NCBI RefSeq assembly: GCF_000150275.1
Contig: NW_002060947.1
Span: 6,835,648-6,899,647 of the forward strand
DNA: 64,000 nucleotides
Direction: 5' to 3'
Source: Trichoplax adhaerens
Lineage: Eukaryota > Animalia > Placozoa
Position 1 is the stretch's first letter. Every line of letters begins with the position of its first letter. Below the pieces are notes generated by a model, which was not told the DNA's origin, did not search any database, and was given only the letters and a program-made list of their open reading frames with translations. Positions 13,101 through 25,850 of this stretch are shown in pieces. A program made the position numbers and the translations under genes.

Positions 13101-16100
13101 AGAGAAGTTGAAGCTAGTCTCTTTAATTTTCGACCTATGTTCGCATGAGTAGAATAAGCGTAATTTTAAAACTTGGACCTTATAAATCTAGTTTGACAAT
13201 TCAGTTATTAATTAAGGCATTTTGTCGCAATTATTTTACTAGCCAAAGCAAAAGGAATGCACGATTTTATCAAAATTTCCAATAAAGAAGGGGGTACGAT
13301 TTTACATCTTGCTGCGGATCATGGATCGGTTGAGGTATTTATGTAATTTGCTCGATAATGCTCATTTAGAAGTAATAGTAAGTAGAATATTAGAAATCAA
13401 AGTCTCCATATCATTTGAGTTCAATCTTTTCAACGTTATTGATTAATATTTAAATCGATAACGGAATAAAAAGAAATCTAGTCTTAACAGCAAGTTTTTC
13501 AACTTTATTTTAGGCTGCTAGAGTTTGCCTTAAATATGGAGCTGAAATTGAAGCTCAAACGGTACTTAATTAATTTATTCATACCTAGGTTCATTATGAG
13601 AATGATATCAGTAATATCTTTCTTTCTAATGATATTATATCGGCTTACGTGACCAAGTCAAATTTTTTAATTTTTTAATAATTCATTCTGTACCTCTAGA
13701 ATGAACTATTCACACCCCTGCATATTGCAGCTATGAATGGTAAATGCGACATATGTGAATATTTAACCAGTATGGGCGCAAATGTTAATGCTAAAGATAG
13801 TGAAGAAAAAACAACTTTACATCACGCTGCTCTGAGCAACAACGTTCTGATAATTGAGAGCATGATAAATAAGGTTAGTAAGTAGGATTCTATTTAATAG
13901 TCCTGGCTTTCAAAAGTTAGGAAAGATGGTTGCGTTGCATTTCCCAATTACTGAAATCTTTACGAGACGCAAGCTGAATTACGTACATTTATTATTTGTA
14001 ACGTGGCTATTAATGAATTACATATGTGACTTCAAAAACTTTTCTAAATCAGTTATCGTAGGAGTTTATTGTGCATATTTAAGCTATAGAAATTTCTTCG
14101 TAGTAAGTCATTACAGAAGATCGAATACCTCAATTTCTATGATTTCGGTAGGGAGCCAATATCGAAAGTACAGATAAACAAAATCAAACACCACTTCTTG
14201 CAGTGATATGGAAAGGCTGTACGGCTGCTGTCAAAAAGCTATTAGAATTGGGTGCGGACATTACAGCGACAGATGATAGAGGTAGACATTGCTTGCACTA
14301 TGTCGCCGAACAACATGATCATATAACCATGGATGTATTACTTGAGGTACAGATGATCTAGTTTTCCATATTAACGTACAAAAATTAAAATTTTCAAGAA
14401 GATTGCTCCGTTCTTACTATTTCCAGCACGGTGCAAGCTCTCTGGTCAATCGTCCTGATGATAGCGGAGTTCTTCCAACATTTATTGCGGCAGAAATGGG
14501 CGCTATTCTTGTAAGCATAGAATATTTTAATCTTGACCTTAGACTATAAAATGTTATTTAAAATAGATTTATAAAAATTAATTCATAATTTGAAATTGGC
14601 GTCTAAAATAATACTGGTATATGGTATTAAAATGTCATCGGACGTTTATGTAAGCGACTGAATTACAGGCTTTTCTTTATTTAATTCATGACCGGACTAG
14701 TTTATTTAGTAGCAATGCACTCTTAGAATATTTTAACTATACGTAATCTTGATATTTTTAGGTATTATATCGATTAGTAAGGAACGGTGGTAGCCTTGAA
14801 TTATCCGATGACATCAAAAATACTGTACTTCATTTAGCTGCTATGAATAATCATCGGGATACCGTTAAATATATTTTAGAATATACGAAAATTAAAGATA
14901 TTAATGCTCGGAATGCTAATGGACAGAAACCAATCCATTTAGCATCAAAATTTGGCCATAATCGTGTTGTAAATCACCTTATAAAATTTGGAGCAGAAAT
15001 TAACAATAAGTGCGAACATACTGACGGTTATTAATTAATTTTATATTTCATTTATTCCATACATAATTATATTATTTTATTTCTTCAACACAGAGACCTC
15101 TTTTGTAATTACCCGCTACATTACGCCGCACGCAGCGGACATACTACAACTGTAGAATTACTGCTTGACAAACGAGCAAAAATTAATGTTGTGGACAGAT
15201 CAGATGTGAGTAATACTTTAGCAATTCTCTAGCTGAATTGCTATCTTATTTTTAAATGTATACATAAAAGCAGTACTATTTAAGCTGCTAAAAGTATCAG
15301 CTTGTGTGTATTAAATCCATTGAAAGTGTTACTTAAGAAATATTTTAGCAGAGTTTATTACCCTATACGTTTCTGAATTATCATGGCCAGTAATAGGCGC
15401 AACATTTTATTTATGATGCGCCAACGCATGCTATCTATTAAATAACCCAACATTTCATTGACATACTTGCACCAAAGTCTGAATCGTTAATGCTAATTTC
15501 ATAAAAATTAATATATCTAAGTGCAGTAAACCATCTTAACAATTCGCATGCTATATACTTAAGTTCCGGTAACGTTTCATATAAAATCGGTGACTAATTT
15601 TCTTTATATATACTTTGCTATGTGTAATTAAAGAAAACAGCATTGTATCTTGCTTGTGCAAATGGCCATACTGAGACTGCAAAATTACTCCTAACTCGCG
15701 GAGCCGATCCTACAGCAATTAATAATCAAGGTTTAAGCTGCTTAGATATTGCTATTGAAAATAACCAAACCGAAATTGGACTGCAAATAATCAGGAGCAA
15801 ATAGTTAGTGATACATTATTCAAGTCCAGTCAAGGAGCTTTCTTGATACAGTATATTAAGAAAATATTCGATTTTTTCAACGTAGCTGGGAGAAAGCCAT
15901 GGAAAACAGAAAATTGGACGGTTATACACCGATGAAGAGATTAATTGAGAAGCTTCCAGATGTTGCTTCGGTAAAAATTCGATAACTTTTGATCACTTTA
16001 TCTATACAAACACAGCTTCAGCTTTACGTAATCTCAAAGGTAGATTAATCGTATTTTAATCCCTAATCAGAGTGTTTTAACATTGAAGCATCTCAGTATG

Positions 16101-19100
16101 TATTTATTTTTATTCGAGCTATTTCGAAGTGTCTTCAGTTTACGCTCTCATTTCCTTACTATGCAATATTCTATTACATAAGACCACAGAATTCCTTTTT
16201 CTAAGATAAATTCGGTATGTTTGCATCTGTACTTGCCAGTATAAACCTAACAGCTTCGAAATATAATCATTTTCTGTGCATTATCATAAATTTTATTTAA
16301 CAGTATAGTATAGTATAGTATAGTATTCTAGGTCAAAATTAAAAGAGAAACGCTGTTCCGTACAATCTGTAAAATTACTAATACGATGACCAGCCAGTAA
16401 TTACCATAGAAATATTTTTATTTATGATTGCTTCTTTGCTTAGATTGTTATGGACCGATGTATAAGCTATAATCAAACCGAAGATGGCAATAAAGAGGTT
16501 ATTGATTTTAAGAATAAGTATCAGTAAACAAAGGGAAAAATAAATGATCTTATACATGTCGTTACTCAAACTGCTACTTCAAACGGTCACGATGATCACT
16601 TTAAACGCTCTATCTTGGTTTATTAACATTATAATTTAGGTTGTATTTAACTTTCGATATCTGGAGTCTCCCCCGTTTGATACAAGATTAAAAGATGTTA
16701 GAGATAATTACACCGCTGCCTCTGTAAGATCTTCATTTTAATTTTTGCGTATAGCAAAATTTTGTATTAATTCTAAGTTATATAAAATTATTCTACTGGA
16801 TACGGCGAATGTTATATTAGTCAATAAGTAAGCTATAACATTTCTTGCAGAGCCTATTAGCTTCACAAAGAGTTGGTTTGATGACACATCCTTTAATACG
16901 TGCTTATCGTCATTATAAATGGTTAGTTAACTATGCTATGCATTTGTATTAGTTTAAGCCTTAGGGGTAGATGTTCATCCTTTACGGGGTTTTATCACCT
17001 ATTAAAAAATTTTGGACAAATCCTTTCATAGGAATACCAGCATCAAATATTTTTATTATGTGCGAATTGCTGTATGCCTACTGTTTCTATTAGCTGTTTC
17101 GGTACCTATTGGTTTAAACATTCGCGAATACTATGAATATATTCGAAATACGACTGGCAATGTGGCACCTCCAACAAATAAGCCAGTGCGAGTGGTAATA
17201 TAAGTCAGCTACTATCTTACTTAATAAATAATCATTCTATTTTCGACTAGAGCTATCTTATGTGTAGATAGTCTGATAGCATTTAGATAGTCCTTGGTAG
17301 TTATGAGACGAACATAATCTTATGTAATAAAGTGAAGTTTGCAAGAAACTGTATTTCTTGTTGTATTCTCGAGAAGACACTTTATCACTATGTCATATCT
17401 AAAGTCTAAAATCTGAATTGGCAATTTTTAAAACTCTAACTTTTAAAATTTAATATGCAGTAAGTTTATATATATATAAAAGCATACTAGTGCTCATTTT
17501 CTCTAATTATCTATGACCATAGCATTCCCAAGAGATATATAACAGATATATCATCCTGACGACGGCGATAATATTCAATGCAATATTGCACATCTTCAAA
17601 TTTTTGTTGGCAGTGAGTATCTAACAATTCAGTGTGATATTTTCATCTTCAAGTATGAACGAATAATATTCAGCTGATACGCTATTTCAGAAGTATTTTA
17701 TTGTTTAAATTTTTGCCTTTGTATTTTAAAACCATTGGCGATTCGTTAAAAGAGAGCTGTAGTACTAATAAATAATATTAGTAGGTCGTTCAAATAGGAA
17801 GATTTTTATGCACAATAAGGACCCTTGTCTATTATAGATACTTGATCCTTAAGTAGCGTACGATACTGCAGAGGCAGAAATATACTCATATAAGAGAAAT
17901 TTAGAAAGCGAAATGTCAATTATGTTTTACATTCTCTACTGTTTGATGTAATATATATACCATGCTATACGAGTGTACTCTTGATATATTCGATTTTTTT
18001 CAAATAAGAACAGTTACAGCTCAAAAAATGTAGGAAAGAAATAATCCACATATAGAACAATTAATTGCTATTTTTTACTTGATGGATAGCCGAAAATTTA
18101 TATAAAAAATATATCCCAGTCATTCCTTGAATTGGCCATTGAAGTTATGGCTCTCAGTATAAGTCTTCCATTTGAACGTGAGGTAACCAACCTAACGGTT
18201 CAGATTGGAGCTATGTGCATATTTCTAGCAATCGTCAATTTCCTAGCCCAATTAAAAAGGTTTGCATTTTATTATAATAACTACCTCATGCTAGCTCTAA
18301 TTAAAGTGTAAATATTTCGACGATTAGCATAATATACGATGACCATAGGTGTTATAGATCGTTACGAGAGACAAGGAACATTAAAATTGCTTTATCAATA
18401 CACTTCTAATTATCGAAACTTCGAGAAGCCAATTATATAGTAGTCCAATATATGGTTTAACTGTTCTATAAAATGCTACGAAATTAGTTTATTTATGCAT
18501 TGTGATAAATACAGGAAATTCTTAATATCTTCATAACGTAGCTCTTGATATTAAGTGCTTGCACAAGGAGCAAAAATGGAAGGGAATTGCTTTGATCTAT
18601 GGAATTTTACAATAGTCTATTTGCTCAATAACTTTTTTCAATTATAGGGCTTTCGGTATTGGTCTCTATCTTACTATGTTTATCACCATTATGAAGACCA
18701 TTATAAGAGCATCACTGGTCATAATTCTATTTTTACTAGCTTTTGCTATTGCTTTCTATATGGTTCTGCGACAAATTGTAAGTTTGAATCAAATCGAGAT
18801 AAATACAGACAGTTACTAATTCAATTTTGTGGGATCTTCTATCAATTAACACTCTATACACGTAGAACATGATACCTATTTCTTAAATAACATATGTATT
18901 AAAATTAGCCTATAGGCACCAGTGTATGAGTTGAATTTTGCGCTTTGTTGACTACCATTTTATTTATTAATCTTATCAACGATTAGCCGGAATTTAGCGA
19001 AATGGGATATTCTATTGTACGCGTAATAACGATGATGATTGGTGATATTGGTTTTGCTGAAACATTTCAACAACTTTATTTTAGCGGTCAACTGCAAAAT

Positions 19101-20417
19101 TCAGGATTGGCATTAACACTTATTGTACTATTTGTTGTCGTCATGAATATCGCTTTTGCTAATTTATTGGTAAATCACAAATTGATTAGTTTGAACCCGT
19201 AATTTTATCAGAATTGAACACTGCTATATTAAGAATTAAATTATGAATGCAACTGGAGCTGAAATTACGCTGTATTCTACTAGGTTGGTTTAGCTGTTGG
19301 AGATATTCATGAAGTAATGCAAAATGCTGACATAAGTCTTATTGAGATGGATTTATCCCTTATTACCGACACAACTACATGTCTCTTACCACCTCGTTTG
19401 CGAAGCATGGGCTATCGCTCTTCTTACGTTGTTCGCCTTAATAAACAGACGTCATTTTATGATAAGGTAAAAGCATTAAACAGATTTTAGTATCGTTGTC
19501 ATTTTACGCCATGATAAATTTATTTTAAATTTTTATATAAAATGGCTGGACTAGGTGCTTAACGCGATTTAATTCTTAGTTCTAAAATTAAACAGCCTGT
19601 CGTGCGCTAAACATACGTAATTCTCCTTTTGTCATGAATGGATGCCCGCAAATATTTCCATAAGACGGCAATCTTAGAAAGTTTAACGTTAAATATTTTT
19701 TCACTGTTCTATTATTTTACATTACAGTATAACTAATTATGAATAACTTGGAATATACAACATTATGCATGTCTTCTCATCACTTTATGATATCAAACTT
19801 ATGCGTATATTGCTTTAGCAGGTTTTCATTGGATGCGTAACATTATGAGATTTTAGTACACTATTTTTGCTTTGCAGTTGAGTTCAGTTAGTTTCAATAC
19901 ATATCCTTGCCATTTTAGGAAACATCAAATTTACAGATATTTTTACTTAAAAGAGTTACATTAGATACTTGATGCTACAAAAAATATTCACCTTTATCTA
20001 TTTTTGCAGTTGAAATGGAACGAGTTAACGGCCGGTGTTAAATTAATACCCAGCGTAGAAGTACTTGTTCCCGATAAACGTGAAAGTCATGACGTATACA
20101 ATCAAATTAAACAGCAAGAACTACTGTTAGTATAATTACAACTATTGAACCAATAATAGATTATTTATTTAATGATGATATATAAGTAATACCTATGCTA
20201 AGGTGTAACTTAATAAGGAATTTGAATTCAAATAATATAGAATTAATGTATGCTTTTTAAAATTAGTATCAAGGCTATATTGGATCGTTTAGATGACTTT
20301 CGGTCAGATGTATTTCAACGCTTCGCTACAAATAAAGAAGATATTATCAATGTAAAGAAAGAAGTTCTGGAATCAGTAAAGGAAAGAGTAAAAAAGGATG
20401 ATGACTATCTACTTTAA
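10136..20417 (+). CDS. TRPA1: TRPA1-like ankyrin-repeat TRP cation channel, paralogue 2 (complete, 25 exons)
   Basis: ATG 10136 in CCACCATGG context; exon 1 10136-10411, then 24 exons (from ~11831 to 20268-20417) with the same intron positions and phases as paralogue 1. Encodes ~16-17 ankyrin repeats, HPLIRAYRHYKW, six TMs, pore TMMIGDIGFAETF, ANLLVGLAVGDIHEV and a coiled-coil tail ...KKDDDYLL*, stop TAA 20415-20417. Confidence 0.93.
16302..16326. repeat. (AGTAT)5 microsatellite in an intron of TRPA paralogue 2
   Basis: Direct reading: agtatagtatagtatagtatagtat. Confidence 0.9.
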
Positions 20418-21837
20418 GCTAGCAAGCTGGTCTTTTAGAGTCTCGATAATGATGCCCATAAACGTAGCTGCATTGTTACCAATATGAAACCTATCTTTAT
20501 ATGAAGAGAAGCCGGAAAACTACGAAGCTAGCTCTAGTAGACCATTTTGTTATTTATCGATGATTTTGCATTGCAATATTTCTAAACTTTTTTGAATTAT
20601 CCTTGAGGCTTTTGGGACAAAAATCAAAATAATTTACAAATTTATTTGAAACGATCTTTTGGTAGCTATTTCGACGTAATAATATTCCAATTGAACGTTT
20701 TCTAGCTTCAGAAGTGATCGAATCACGTATACTTTACCGTCTAAAAATATGTAATACGATCTGTAATTAATTTGCTATATGTATTTGCTATTGCTGTCAG
20801 TGCTTCATTTCAGCTAGTAGTATCTACTTTCTATTCTTCGCTATTACTAAGGTGCGAATGGAACCTTTCTTGAAACTATTAACGGATTCTTTAAGACATC
20901 TACAGTAACAATACCAATTATTGCGATAGAACCTAGTATCCAATCGGAAATTTAATCGGTGTTACTTATTTTACGATAAATAATGTTCAAAAACTGCAAA
21001 TTAGTCATTGAGTTAAAAAAGCTTGTAAACTATGGTAAATATAAGGGCGCCATTACAGTTTGGCCAAATTTGAGTAGAAAACTATGCAAATAGATAGTTG
21101 TTTTGTTGTATACAACACCTATAGGACCATCTTATTGACGTGCTTACCTCAGGTAATGTACTGTTACTATATTGCCATATCTAGACTTTATTTTTCATGT
21201 TCAATTAATGCCTTCTATTAATTATATAATATTTGTCTTAACTTGAAATATTTTCTCTAAGTTAATGTATCCTCACGCGATTACAGCGCTTTGCAAATAC
21301 GGATCAGTGGATCATTTGCTGTCTACTAATTTTACTTTATGTATTTATCGAATAATAAGCGAGAAGAATGAATTGAATACTTATTTCAACAAAATTATTT
21401 ATCTTTGCACTTATCAATAAATTAATTATATCATATTTCATGCTTGAAATATATTATTGAATTCTTAGTCATGATTAACCAAGGATTCAAATAGTGAATC
21501 TACTTGATAGGTTTTCTGCACGATTCGATGCTAATTCCGTTTTATTTACACTTTAATATATACCTAGAAGCATCGATTACTAACGAATTGAGCAAGTAGT
21601 AAAGTATTGCTTAACAATATCGCTATTTAGCGCAAGTTTTCATGAACAAAAGCAGGAAGGCTTTTATTTGCAACAATTATGGATAAAGTAGCCATCATAT
21701 ACAACATTACTCAAGAGAGCATATTTTAATTTCTTATTCAATAGTGATTGACACACATATGTGGTGATTATAAAATCGACAACTATCACAGAAAATGCTC
21801 TTTAAATATACGATAGTACTACTATTAAAATTCCGTT

Positions 21838-22842
21838 TTAATTGTTACTAACGTAAGTTAAAGAAATTGCTGGAACCATAGAGGGTTTTTCTTTCGAAGT
21901 TCTTAATATCTTTTGACAAAAAGTTTTACTCATGAGGCAAAACACAATTGGATTGACAACTGGTTGTAAGAAAGCAATACCATAGAATATATTAATAATC
22001 GATGCTAAACTATTTTCATTTCTCATGTATAAGTGAATAACTGTTGCATCCGTTAATGACACCACTAATCGAGTTATATGGACAATGCCTGTTAAAATGA
22101 GAAACAAAGTAGTAATGACAATAATTTTTCGTACAGCAAACTGGCGTTTTTGCAAGTTGCCAGCATTCATATTATTTGCGGATGAATGTTGCATAGTAGC
22201 ACTAGATTCATTAATTGCTTTCACAACGTGGCTATAGGCGTAGATGATGATAATTGCAGGTAAAATTTCTTCAAACACGACGATCGAAATGAAATAGATT
22301 TGCCCTGTAAGCGAATGTCCATTGATAGCATCGCAAATATAAGGAAATCGTGGATCAATACCTCCGGTGTAAATTTGTGGCAATACAACCAACAAACCAG
22401 TTACCCAACTTAGAATAATTGCTAGTCGAAGGCGAAATGAATTATACAGTAAAGCTTGATACGGTATTTTAACAAAAACGAAATATCGATCAACACTCAT
22501 TATGACTAATATATGGGTCGAAATATAATAACTTGCATAAATGGTAACACCAAAGAAATCGCAGAAAATTTCTTTCCCAACTAAGGTGAAATCGTTAGGA
22601 TGTAATAGAATGATTCCCATGGTTGTATAAACGATTAGACATGTGCAACCAAAAGCGTCTGAAGTAGCCATACTAGCTATTAAAATATAGGTCGATGTAC
22701 GATATCGCTTTTGGCATGCAATCACCGCAACTACCAAGCAATTACCAATTAATCCCAAGGCAAAGATACCAGTAAATAAATAAGTCAAAATCGGTCTTTC
22801 ACGAAGACTAATTAATAAATTATTGTAACTGGAATTATTCAT
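21838..22842 (-). CDS. Class A (rhodopsin-like) orphan GPCR, single coding exon, 334 aa
   Basis: Seven hydrophobic segments; N-terminal N-glycosylation sequon (MNNSS); TM1 GN, TM2 SMATSD, C3.25, TM3 DRY, TM4 W, ECL2 Cys, TM5 P and Y5.58, TM7 NPIVF, helix-8 F. Confidence 0.95.
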   Translation of the reverse strand: MNNSSYNNLLISLRERPILTYLFTGIFALGLIGNCLVVAVIACQKRYRTSTYILIASMATSDAFGCTCLIVYTTMGIILLHPNDFTLVGKEIFCDFFGVTIYASYYISTHILVIMSVDRYFVFVKIPYQALLYNSFRLRLAIILSWVTGLLVVLPQIYTGGIDPRFPYICDAINGHSLTGQIYFISIVVFEEILPAIIIIYAYSHVVKAINESSATMQHSSANNMNAGNLQKRQFAVRKIIVITTLFLILTGIVHITRLVVSLTDATVIHLYMRNENSLASIINIFYGIAFLQPVVNPIVFCLMSKTFCQKILRTSKEKPSMVPAISLTYVSNN

Positions 22843-25360
22843 CGATATCTGGATTGTATTTATTCCTTCTAGTCGGAAAAATAAAATTAAAAGTAGGATA
22901 AAATTGGACTTTTGTAAATTGTTTTTATATCATCATCCGACTTAATTGTACACGCATTCGAAAAAACTGGCTAGAAGAATATATATATAGCAGTAGATAG
23001 GATAGCGAAACAAATCAAGAGAATGGACTCTATAGAGTAGATGGTAGAAAATCAGCATTGAATCTAATCTTCCAAAAGTTCTAACACTGTCTACAAATAG
23101 CATAAGGGTAAATGGTTCGGTCTAATTCTCAGCAGACGTTAAAATCAATTAAGAGAATGAACGTTTTATGCCGTATAGAAAATTCAAAAGAAGTGTGGAA
23201 CTACTCCTAAATATAGGAAATAAAAGGTGACCATATTCTGAATAAGCTGCAGGATTAGGATAACAGTTAAGATCTAATCGCATGCTTGTGTGCAGGAAAT
23301 TAAAGAGCTACTTTATTTTTAATGAGTTCAAATTTTATATTATTAGGAAGAAGCGTTAGAAGAATCTCAAAAATCCAATTTTATTAGTGCTGATTAGTGC
23401 CTGTGACTAGAATCGACTAAGACAACAGTTACTTTGGAAAATGTTGAAACGGAGAAAGAGATTTCGTTTCGAAATAATTACCGGATTTGAAAGATTAAAT
23501 CTAATTCTGACTATTATATGTACATTCGATTGAAAGTTTACTTGCAATAGATGATACGGAAAAAGAAAAGGCATTACTTTGTCTATTTTTGAAATGGTTG
23601 CCGTATTGTGCTATACTAGAATTCTTCTTAATCAGCCAACAGCTAGTTACAGAATCTAGCCAACTCCATACAAAATATAATACGATCCATAAAATGACTA
23701 CGTTAGAAAAATGGACACCTGAGCTATAATAGAACCCATAAAGTACCTTCATCAACGAAATAGTTTGGTGTCAAGATAATATTGTAAATTTACTTTAAAA
23801 ATTTTATATAAAATTACTTTGCCTTCGATAGATGAAAGGTCATTATAACATTAAATAAATAGAATATTTCGTAAACTTGTTGTGATTACTACCTTACGTA
23901 TAGGAGCTGCAATAAATCATAAGGCCATATTTAAATAAGTGCAAGATCAAACACTTTGATTGACATAAAAGTTTCGAAATAATAGTTATTTTAATTCGGC
24001 ATACCTCACTGGCAATAATAAATTACAATTTATTTAGTGTCTTTGGACGCGAGAGATGTTCTTCTCTTGAAGAAAGAAAGATTTCTATATTAACTTTGTA
24101 GTATGTATGATGTGGTAACTATCACGGCTATGTTGGAAAGAGTATGAAAATAAATCGATGAATTTGTACGCCTAATACTCATCATACCTTCTACAGACTG
24201 GGTAAAACAAAAGAATTACCACAACTTTTCTAGAATCGCTATTTTTAAAGCCTATTAAAAATTTCCCTACAAAGGTTGCAGAGGCGATTGTATCATCACT
24301 TACGATAATGTACCAGTTATCCAATCAGCTTAGCTGAAAGCCTTTCAATTAATTTGCATAACAGAAAATAGAGTTAATACAAACAGAATATTCAATTTTT
24401 TATGTTAACATCGTTTGAAGCGATTTTTCCGTGCAGCGAGAAAAATCAGCTAGAAGTGTTTTAATTTGCACAAGATAAAGTATGGCTAAAATAGCAATTT
24501 AATTCAATTAAGGTATCGAGTGCATCCTACTGACTATTGGTTGCCACTTCTTATTTATAATAAATTCAGTTTCTTCCGCATTTGCTGTCACTTCTCCATT
24601 TAAAATCCACAAATCAAATTAATAATAAAATCAAATAATTATTAATCAGCTATGAAACCCATATGGTTGATAGGCGGTATAAACACTTAATTTTGGGCTT
24701 TATAGGACTTGTTTAATCATATGCTACCCAGTGTTGATTTCTTGGCTCCTATTTAACAAAATATTTCAGAATTTTACAGGGTTAGGTGATATCCATTTAA
24801 ATTAATAGATAATGCCATAAAAAGTAATTGGACATAAGGAAATAAATGCATTAAATCTAAAGTAATCAAAATTTAATCAAAGTTTTCAGAGGAAATTAAG
24901 TAGCTAGATGTTAGAAATTAGCTCCGCCATATGGTAGTGTAATTCTATAGATCAGAAATTGATTTCTAAAACCATGTATCCGGGTAGCATACCATAATGG
25001 AATTTCTGAGATTACTTACTCTTAGTCTTACGAATTACGCAATGATTTACACGCCCTTGAGATTACAAGTACATGAAGGACCAAAGTTAAAAATCAACTT
25101 GAAGCCTAAACTTTGTAAGTATGGTGGAAATAATCATTACTATATAAGATCTATTCATTCACTTCTAAAATGGCTGCTTTATTTAATCTTACAGAAATAA
25201 TATAGGCTGATATATTCCAGTCACAAATCAACTTCGTGACAAAGATAACGTGAAACAAACCTCTAAATTAATGCAGTCTCTGGGATTCAGTATCCCTTAA
25301 CTATCTCACAAGAATTTGGACGACTTTGCTTTTACGTTAAATATTCAGTGTGTATTATAT

Positions 25361-25850
25361 ATTATAGAATATGTTGAATAGCAGAATTATCCGGTTAAGG
25401 CAACAACCTTTTGGGGATATCTGCGGCATTACATAGTATATTATGATCGATTCCTGCAATAGGATAATTAATCATAAAACCAAAACCACCTTAACTAATA
25501 CGAGCAGGTGTTGATGCAGTACTAAAGATTTTGATATCCTGTGCTATTCTATAAATTATGCATTATAGAATTCGTTGAATAGCTGAATTAATCAGTCACG
25601 GCCTCAACTTTTGAGAGATATCTGCCGTATCACGTTGAATGTTATCGTCGATTACTACTATGGGATAGTTAACCGTAAAACCAAAATTATTTCTGGTAAT
25701 GCAATGAAGTAGCTGATGCAGTCATAAAAAGTTTTCAGTCCTGTATACTTTTATAAATTATGTGATGTAGATTTTGTAGAATAGCTGAATAATCCTGATA
25801 TTGAATCAACCTTTAGGGGATATTTGCAGCGTTGCATCGTATTTTATAGT
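25361..25850. repeat. Diverged tandem repeat, ~2.5 x ~201 bp
   Basis: ATTATAGAAT..GTTGAATAGC(A/T)GAAT..CAAC..TT..G.GATAT(C/T)TGC..TAAAACCAAAA..TGATGCAGT recurs at ~25361, ~25562 and ~25765. Confidence 0.85.

Noticed and set aside
399-19202. Treating the short ankyrin/TM ORFs in the track as separate genes or pseudogene fragments
   Set aside because: They are exons plus intron read-through of two spliced TRPA genes whose frames join correctly at GT-AG sites.
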